From NCBI RefSeq assembly GCF_000981785.2, contig NZ_CP011304.1:1770001-1802000 (forward strand): 32,000 bases of DNA. Reading direction: 5' to 3'. Below the pieces are notes generated by a model. It was given only the letters and a program-made list of their open reading frames with translations, had not been told where the DNA came from and made no database searches. Shown piece by piece: positions 26,306 to 32,000 of the stretch; position 1 is the stretch's first letter; each line of letters begins with the position of its first letter. The position numbers and the translations under genes are program-made. Source of the stretch: Microcystis aeruginosa NIES-2549 (GTDB lineage Bacteria > Cyanobacteriota > Cyanobacteriia > Cyanobacteriales > Microcystaceae).

Positions 26306-26648
26306 GGCTTTTTTGAGTTACTATTTGTTTTATTATATCCTATATATTGTGATTTAATTAAATTATGGAGAGGTCTATTCGGCTTCCCGATGGACTGCTA
26401 AGAAACTCAGCGAGCACCTGAGCGCAGAATTAGGAATTAAAATCAGCGATCGCCATATCAACAGACTACTCAAACAAATGGGTTTATCTACCAGACCAAA
26501 ATCGAATAACCTTGAAAAAAATGAGCCGAAAAAATCCAGTAAAAGCGGCATTGTGATTAGGGACATTCCAGAGGAGGTGGCATTTTCTTAATCATCATGA
26601 AAAATCTATTAAGTGCTATTAAGTGTTGGCAACACTATCGAGGGAGAA

Positions 26649-29363
26649 ATGACTACCAAAGAATATCTATCTGGTCTAATCGGTCAATTTTTATCAGAAG
26701 AGGATTTAGCCAGTTTAGTTGAGTCGGCTGAATTTTCAAAACCTAACCCCGGTTTGTTGTTGGAAAGTATCTCAGCATCCGATGGCTTATATATTTTGGT
26801 CGCTGGCAAAGTAAGACTGGTTAACAGTAGCCTGGACTTAATTAGCACCCTGCATCCGGCTCAACTATTTGGGGAATGTACTTTGTTTCCTGAAGCCGGT
26901 TTTTTAGATTATGCTGTCAGGGTTTCGCCTCAAGCAGAGCTATGTTATATTCCCGGTAAAGTTTTGCGCTCTATCATTCATAAAAATTCCCGATTTAAGG
27001 AGTATTTGTACAATTTAGCTACCGCTAAAGATAATGAACAAAAAAGGAAATTTTCCATAAATACTCAACTAGATTTATCCGTAAACGACGACCAGGAACT
27101 AATTGCGGGAATTAGCACAATCAAAGATGAAATATATCTAAAAACCCACAAGCAAAAAGTTAACAAGGCTTATTTCCCTAGCCCCACTCAGCGCGTTACT
27201 CATCTATGGCAGCATATTACTAGACGCTATCCTTTTTTTGAGCAACAAAGTGGTTCTGACTGTGGTGCTGCTTGTTTAGTAATGGTTGCCCGTTATTGGG
27301 GCAAAAAGTTTAGTGTCAACCGCATTCGAGATATTGCTAATGTAGATGCCAATGGGGCTTCTTTGCGAGGACTATCCGCTGCGGCGGAAAGTATCGGATT
27401 TTCCACTAGACCAGTTAAAGCCAGTATTGACCAACTAGCTAAACAAAAATTACCCGCAATCGCTCACTGGGAAGGCAAACATTATATCGTAGTTTATGAA
27501 ATCACTCGCAATCAAGTCATTGTTGCTGACCCTGCTATTGGTCAACGGAGTTTAACATATCCAGAATTTAAAACAGGTTGGCAGGGTTATACACTACTCC
27601 TACAACCGACAGCTTTAATCAAGGAACTCAAAAATCATACTACCCCATTTTGGCAATTTTTTAATTTAGCCAGTCCTCACGGTCAAGTATTACTAGAAGT
27701 ATTTATTGCTTCCTTAGTCATTCAAATTTTCGGATTAGTTACCCCACTATTTACTCAGTTACTCCTCGACCGGGTAGTTGTTCAAGGCAGTACATTAACC
27801 TTAACGGCTGTGGGATTAGGGTTAGTCATTTTTGGTTTATTTCGGGTTGCTTTGACCGGATTACGACAATATCTCCTCGACCACACTGCCAACAAAGTAA
27901 ATTTAGCCATGATTGTGGGATTTATTACCCACACTTTCCGATTACCCCTGCGTTTTTTTGAGTTTCGCTATGTGGGGGATATCATGGCCAGGGTGCAGGA
28001 AAACCGCAAGATTGAGAGATTTCTAACGGGTGAAGCCCTATCTATTGTATTAGATTTACTCACGGTCTTTATCTATGTGGGACTTATGTTCTGGTATAGC
28101 TGGAAAATGGCTTTACTGGCATTAGTCATTGTGCCACCTTTTTTCCTGCTTGCTATCATTGCTACTCCTTTCCTACAAAAGATATCCAGAGAAATATTTG
28201 CGGCCTTAGCGGAAGAAAGTGGTTATTTAATCCAATCTTTGACTGGTGTACGCACGGTCAAATCTCTGGCAATTGAGCAAGTAGTGCGCTGGCGTTGGGA
28301 GGAGTTTCTCAACAAGTCAATTCGCAAAAACTTTTCTGGGCAGATTATTAGCAACCGACTCCAAGTATTTAGCTTAACCATTGAATCTTTAGTGACCACT
28401 GGGCTGCTTTGGTTTGGGGCTTGGTTAGTGATTCAAGGAGAATTAACCATCGGGCAGTTGGTGGCTTTTAATATGTTAATTGGCAATGTAATAAACCCTT
28501 TTCAGCGGTTAACGGTTCTATGGAATGAGTTACAGGAGGTAATTATTGCAGTGGAGCGAATTAATGATGTGATTGATACCGAACCAGAGGAAGATTTGCA
28601 ATCTCAGGCTCGTTATTATTTAACAGATTTACGAGGAGATATTATTTTTGACAAGGTGACATTTCGTTACCACCCAGAAAGCGAAACTAATGTTTTAGAG
28701 AATCTCAGCTTTGAAATCAAAGCCGGACAGACTGTAGCTTTAGTGGGGCGTTCTGGTTCAGGAAAAACTACTATTTCTAAGCTAGTTTTGGGGCTATATA
28801 CCCCTACAGATGGGAAGATTTTCATTGATGGTCATGACATAACTAGCATTTCTTTATCTTCTTTGCGTCAAAGGGTTGGTGTTGTTGACCAGGATACTTT
28901 TTTATTTGGTGGCACAATTCGGGACAACTTGACCCTAGCGCGACCTTCTGCAACTCAGGCGGAAATTATCGAAGCCGCTCAATTAGCAGGTGCTGACGAG
29001 TTTATTCAAAAGTTACCGATGAGTTATGAAACCCAGATTGGTGAAGGTGGAGGGTTATTGTCTGGTGGTCAACGGCAAAGATTAGCCATCGCTAGGGCGT
29101 TATTAGGCAATCCTCGTCTATTGATTTTTGATGAGGCAACTTCCCACTTAGATGTGGAGTCGGAGCGAATTATTCAGACTAATTTGAATAGAATTCTTAA
29201 GGGACGTACTACATTAATTATTGCCCATCGCTTATCTACCGTTAGAAATGCTCATATAATTTTAGTTTTAGATAGAGGAGTATTAATAGAGCAAGGAAAT
29301 CACGAGCAGTTAATGGCAAAAAAAGGGCATTACTACTATTTAAATCATCAGCAACTTAACTAA
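26649..29363 (+). CDS. Peptidase-C39-domain ABC exporter (PCAT) with an N-terminal cyclic-nucleotide-binding-like domain
   Basis: The ATG at 26649 is preceded by GGGAGA; the tracked alternative start is GTG at 26613. The cNMP-like block is LYILVAGKVRLV...LFGECTLF. The C39 motif is QQSGSDCGAACLVMV, with the Cys codon at 27261-27263. A six-helix TMD follows. The NBD has Walker A GRSGSGKTT, signature LSGGQRQR and Walker B LLIFDEATSHLD. Confidence 0.92.
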   Translation: MTTKEYLSGLIGQFLSEEDLASLVESAEFSKPNPGLLLESISASDGLYILVAGKVRLVNSSLDLISTLHPAQLFGECTLFPEAGFLDYAVRVSPQAELCYIPGKVLRSIIHKNSRFKEYLYNLATAKDNEQKRKFSINTQLDLSVNDDQELIAGISTIKDEIYLKTHKQKVNKAYFPSPTQRVTHLWQHITRRYPFFEQQSGSDCGAACLVMVARYWGKKFSVNRIRDIANVDANGASLRGLSAAAESIGFSTRPVKASIDQLAKQKLPAIAHWEGKHYIVVYEITRNQVIVADPAIGQRSLTYPEFKTGWQGYTLLLQPTALIKELKNHTTPFWQFFNLASPHGQVLLEVFIASLVIQIFGLVTPLFTQLLLDRVVVQGSTLTLTAVGLGLVIFGLFRVALTGLRQYLLDHTANKVNLAMIVGFITHTFRLPLRFFEFRYVGDIMARVQENRKIERFLTGEALSIVLDLLTVFIYVGLMFWYSWKMALLALVIVPPFFLLAIIATPFLQKISREIFAALAEESGYLIQSLTGVRTVKSLAIEQVVRWRWEEFLNKSIRKNFSGQIISNRLQVFSLTIESLVTTGLLWFGAWLVIQGELTIGQLVAFNMLIGNVINPFQRLTVLWNELQEVIIAVERINDVIDTEPEEDLQSQARYYLTDLRGDIIFDKVTFRYHPESETNVLENLSFEIKAGQTVALVGRSGSGKTTISKLVLGLYTPTDGKIFIDGHDITSISLSSLRQRVGVVDQDTFLFGGTIRDNLTLARPSATQAEIIEAAQLAGADEFIQKLPMSYETQIGEGGGLLSGGQRQRLAIARALLGNPRLLIFDEATSHLDVESERIIQTNLNRILKGRTTLIIAHRLSTVRNAHIILVLDRGVLIEQGNHEQLMAKKGHYYYLNHQQLN

Positions 29364-29396
29364 TGTTCATAAATCTGAGCAAGATTTTCATAAATT

Positions 29397-31091
29397 ATGA
29401 CCCAGTTTAATGAGATTAACCAAGCAGACTTAAATGGTCGTAAAAGCGACCAAAATCTACCAGGAAGTAACCTAAATTCTTCGGCGGATTGGTCTTTTGC
29501 CACAAAGGAACTGTTGGATGCGTTACCTCAGCGGTGGACGCGAGGACTGCTCTATTTTTTAATCGTTTTTGTGGCGATCGCTTTGCCCTGGGGAATGTTG
29601 TCTCGGGTAGATGAAACGGGTAGTGCTAGGGGACGGTTAGAACCGCAAGGTGGTACAATTAAGCAAAAGCTAAATTTAACCTATACATCTGCGGCTCTTA
29701 ATTCCCAAACGGCTAAAGTTGAAATGCTAAATATTGAAGAAGGAGACATGGTAAAAGCTGGGGATATTTTAATGGAACTGGACAGTCTCCCTATTCGTGA
29801 GCGAATTACCCAACTGCAAATTCAACTACAAAGTCAAAATAATCGGCTGAATGCACTAAAGCAACAAAAAAATCAGCTAGAAACCGAACTGCGTACCCAA
29901 GAACGGCAAAATCAGTCCCAACAATTAGAGAAACTATCTCAGGTAGAACAAGCTCGACAAACCTTTCAGTCTCTTAAGACAACATACAATTTGCAAGAAC
30001 AGGAAAAACTGACTCAAATTGCTCAAGCGGAGCAAAATCTGGCAGCACTCAGAAGAACCTTAAATTTACAAAGAGAAGAGAAACTGACTCAAGTTGCCCA
30101 AGCCAAACAACAGTTAGAGGATAGCAACACCGCTTATAATTTAGCAGAATTGCGCTTACAAAAAGCCTTGAGGGAAGTCGAACGTTACCAGAATCTTTTC
30201 CATAATGGGGTGATAGCGGAAGTTCGGGTCGTTGAACAGGAAAATATCGCCGATGAAAGACAAAGTATTTGGAAGCAAAGTCAAGCAGATATTGAGCAAG
30301 CCAGACTGCGATTAGAAGAGCAGAAAAGCAGTTATGAGAGAATTGTTAATCAAGGGAAGGCGGATATTGAGCAAGCGGAGTTACGATTAATCGAACAAAA
30401 GAGGATTTATCAGAGAATTGTTAATCAAGGGGAAGCGGACATTGAGCAAGCGAAGTTGCGTTTAGCCGAGCAAGAGAATAGTGTTCAAACCCTTACTCAT
30501 GCGGGGGAAATTGCTCTGTCTAAAATTCAAGAACAGCTAAAAAGTTTGGATAGCCAAATCAGTAGTCTTAAATCTGAGGTGACGCAAACAAAGAAAGAAA
30601 TTGATTCTTTGAAGTTTGAGTTAGAGAAACGGATTGTTAGAGCCCAAGAAGGAGGCACTATTTTTAGTTTGCCGATTACTGGGGTGGGAGATGTGGTACA
30701 ACAAGGAGGAATGATTGTAGAAATAGCGCCCCAAAAAGCGGATATTTTATTGAAAGCAGAAATGGCCACTACACAAAGTGGTTCATTACAGAAAGGAATG
30801 GCGGTTAAGATGAAGTTTGATGCTTATCCTTTTCAGGACTATGGGGTAGTTGATGGAAGTTTAATTAAAATTTCCCCAACCACCAAAATGCAAGAAACAT
30901 CTCAGGGACGAGTAGCAATTTATGAACTAGAAATTGAGTTAAATAAAACTTGTATTCCTAGTGGAAATGACTGTATTCCATTACGTCCGGGAGATACGGC
31001 TACGGCTGAGGTGGTGGTGCGTCAGCGTCGCGTTATTGATTTTATTCTTGACCCATTCAAGAAGTTACAAAAAGGAGGTTTAGAATTTTAG
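29397..31091 (+). CDS. HlyD-family periplasmic adaptor (membrane fusion protein) with an expanded repetitive coiled coil
   Basis: 564 aa. It has an N-terminal TM segment (LLYFLIVFVAIALPWGML), a lipoyl-like half (VKAGDILMELD), a long Q/E/L-rich coiled coil, and a C-terminal beta-barrel block (GMAVKMKFDAYPF...LRPGDTATAEVV). Confidence 0.9.
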   Translation: MTQFNEINQADLNGRKSDQNLPGSNLNSSADWSFATKELLDALPQRWTRGLLYFLIVFVAIALPWGMLSRVDETGSARGRLEPQGGTIKQKLNLTYTSAALNSQTAKVEMLNIEEGDMVKAGDILMELDSLPIRERITQLQIQLQSQNNRLNALKQQKNQLETELRTQERQNQSQQLEKLSQVEQARQTFQSLKTTYNLQEQEKLTQIAQAEQNLAALRRTLNLQREEKLTQVAQAKQQLEDSNTAYNLAELRLQKALREVERYQNLFHNGVIAEVRVVEQENIADERQSIWKQSQADIEQARLRLEEQKSSYERIVNQGKADIEQAELRLIEQKRIYQRIVNQGEADIEQAKLRLAEQENSVQTLTHAGEIALSKIQEQLKSLDSQISSLKSEVTQTKKEIDSLKFELEKRIVRAQEGGTIFSLPITGVGDVVQQGGMIVEIAPQKADILLKAEMATTQSGSLQKGMAVKMKFDAYPFQDYGVVDGSLIKISPTTKMQETSQGRVAIYELEIELNKTCIPSGNDCIPLRPGDTATAEVVVRQRRVIDFILDPFKKLQKGGLEF

Positions 31092-31170
31092 AAAGCTTTT
31101 GTTCGAGGGCCTGTCATTCCCGCGAATTGCGGGAATCCATAAAAATGTTTTGATTACCCGGAGAAAGATT

Positions 31171-31908
31171 ATGTCACAATCTGTTGCCATTACTGCTGAA
31201 GATATTCTGAAACAAGTTAAGCTATCTCTTCAAATTCCCGATATAATCGAGTCTATTATTAGTCGTCAGATTATTACTGATGCAGCTACGGAAGCCGGGA
31301 TAACTGTGGATAATGAGGAACTTCAGCAAGCGGCGGATACTCTTAGACTTCTTCAGAAACTTCGTGGCGTACAAGAAACTTTTGCTTGGCTAGAGAAACA
31401 CCATTTGTCTGTTGATGATTTAGAAGAAATTGCCTACATCACCGTTATTTCCGAAAAGTTGATGACTCATCTATTTGCCGAGAAAGTTGAGCCTTACTTT
31501 TATGAAAATCAATTAGATTATACTGGGGTAGTGATGTATGAAGTGGTGTTAGACGATGAAGATTTAGCGATGGAATTGTTTTATTCTATTCAGGAAGAGG
31601 AAATGAGTTTCTATGATGTAGCTCACCAATATATTCAGGATGTAGAATTGCGTCGCCAAGGAGGATATCGGGGAATATTGTCTCGTAAGGATTTGAAACC
31701 AGAGATTTCTGCGGCTGTTTTTGCGACGACACCACCAGAAGTTCTTAAACCGATTGTGACTTCTAAGGGAGTGCATTTGATTTTGGTGGAGGAGATCCTT
31801 CAGTCCGAGTTAGATAATAAGTTACGCTGTCAAATTGTTTCAGAGTTGTTTGGCGAGTGGGTTATCAATCAAATTGAGTCAGTGTCAGTTGTCACCAATT
31901 TGGGATGA
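31171..31908 (+). CDS. Parvulin-type peptidyl-prolyl cis-trans isomerase (PpiC/SurA-like)
   Basis: The ATG at 31171 is preceded by GGAGA (31160-31164); the tracked ORF begins at 31099. The rotamase block is FYDVAHQYIQDVELRRQGGYRGILSRKDLKPEISAAVF...PIVTSKGVHLILVEEI. Confidence 0.8.
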   Translation: MSQSVAITAEDILKQVKLSLQIPDIIESIISRQIITDAATEAGITVDNEELQQAADTLRLLQKLRGVQETFAWLEKHHLSVDDLEEIAYITVISEKLMTHLFAEKVEPYFYENQLDYTGVVMYEVVLDDEDLAMELFYSIQEEEMSFYDVAHQYIQDVELRRQGGYRGILSRKDLKPEISAAVFATTPPEVLKPIVTSKGVHLILVEEILQSELDNKLRCQIVSELFGEWVINQIESVSVVTNLG

Positions 31909-31924
31909 ATAGCACTAACACGAA

Positions 31925-31958
31925 TATCATCCAGTCAGGTCAACCTAACTGGATGATA
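31925..31958 (+). terminator. Stem-loop downstream of the PPIase gene (possible terminator)
   Basis: The stem pairs TATCATCCAGT (31925-31935) with ACTGGATGATA (31948-31958): 11 bp perfect, with a 12-nt loop. Only a weak T-rich tail (gagatatttt) follows. Confidence 0.4.
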
Positions 31959-32000
31959 GAGATATTTTAGTAAAAACTGGGCTAGTTTCTTAACAAGAAC

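Larger units (their letters stand above)
24990..26376 (-). mobile_element. IS with a Harbinger/PIF-like (DDE_Tnp_4-type, IS5 superfamily) transposase, about 1146 bp before the secondary insertion
   Basis: The terminal inverted repeat is AGACCTCTCCA (24990-25000) and TGGAGAGGTCT (26366-26376), extending imperfectly to about 17/22. The flanking duplication is ambiguous (ATT/TAT 3 bp, or TA). Removing the element restores the reading frame of the HTH gene. Confidence 0.85.
24530..26591 (+). pseudogene. IS630-type helix-turn-helix (transposase N-terminal-like) gene, split by an IS insertion
   Basis: The 5' part runs to 24989 (likely ATG at 24623; ...HFQRIQIMLLADEGKTQTQICQELGCSHSTARHWI...PREVKVPHRDFSY). 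The 3' part at 26377-26591 continues in frame (SASRWTAKKLSEHLSAELGIKISDRHINRLLKQMGLSTRP...). No DDE domain follows. Confidence 0.7.

Noticed and set aside
1-32000. Search by eye for tRNA, rRNA, tmRNA, RNase P RNA or riboswitch-like elements in all intergenic regions.
   Set aside because: I recognised no cloverleaf-compatible sequence and no conserved rRNA or ncRNA motif. A covariance-model scan would be needed to exclude small ncRNAs.

Overview
The window looks like a cyanobacterial chromosome segment. I counted at least ten perfect HIP1 octamers (GCGATCGC) by eye, and many intergenic heptamer (STRR-like) arrays are present. The gene content and the heavy IS/MITE load most resemble a Microcystis-type genome; this is an inference and was not checked against any database.

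Housekeeping backbone: comM (5' partial), a conserved membrane protein, a pseudouridine synthase, an ABC-2 permease, dxs, larB, rnj, dapA, asd, tig, clpP and clpX.

Three accessory or rearranged zones interrupt this backbone:

1. 5.2-10.8 kb. A 214-bp unit is repeated four times in tandem and carries a structured 119-nt core. A 1682-bp IS5/IS1182-like element splits the array. It is followed by a Ser/Thr kinase fused through a predicted TM helix to seven nearly identical WD40 repeats, and by a HigA-like HTH gene paired with a non-HigB 73-aa gene.

2. 13.3-13.6 kb. A 327-bp MITE derived from the same IS family abuts the larB stop codon. More degraded ends of this family abut the comM and hydrolase stop codons.

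3. 23.9-32 kb. This zone starts with a fragment of a parvulin PPIase paralog. Next is an IS630-type HTH gene disrupted by a Harbinger-type IS, which is itself disrupted by a 232-bp MITE (three-level nesting). It ends with an intact three-gene export module: a cNMP-domain/C39-peptidase ABC transporter, a long HlyD adaptor, and a parvulin PPIase. No substrate peptide gene is visible in the window.

I recognised no rRNA, tRNA or CRISPR array. All coordinates of repeats, inverted repeats and target-site duplications were read directly from the sequence. All family names come from motif recognition, not from searches.
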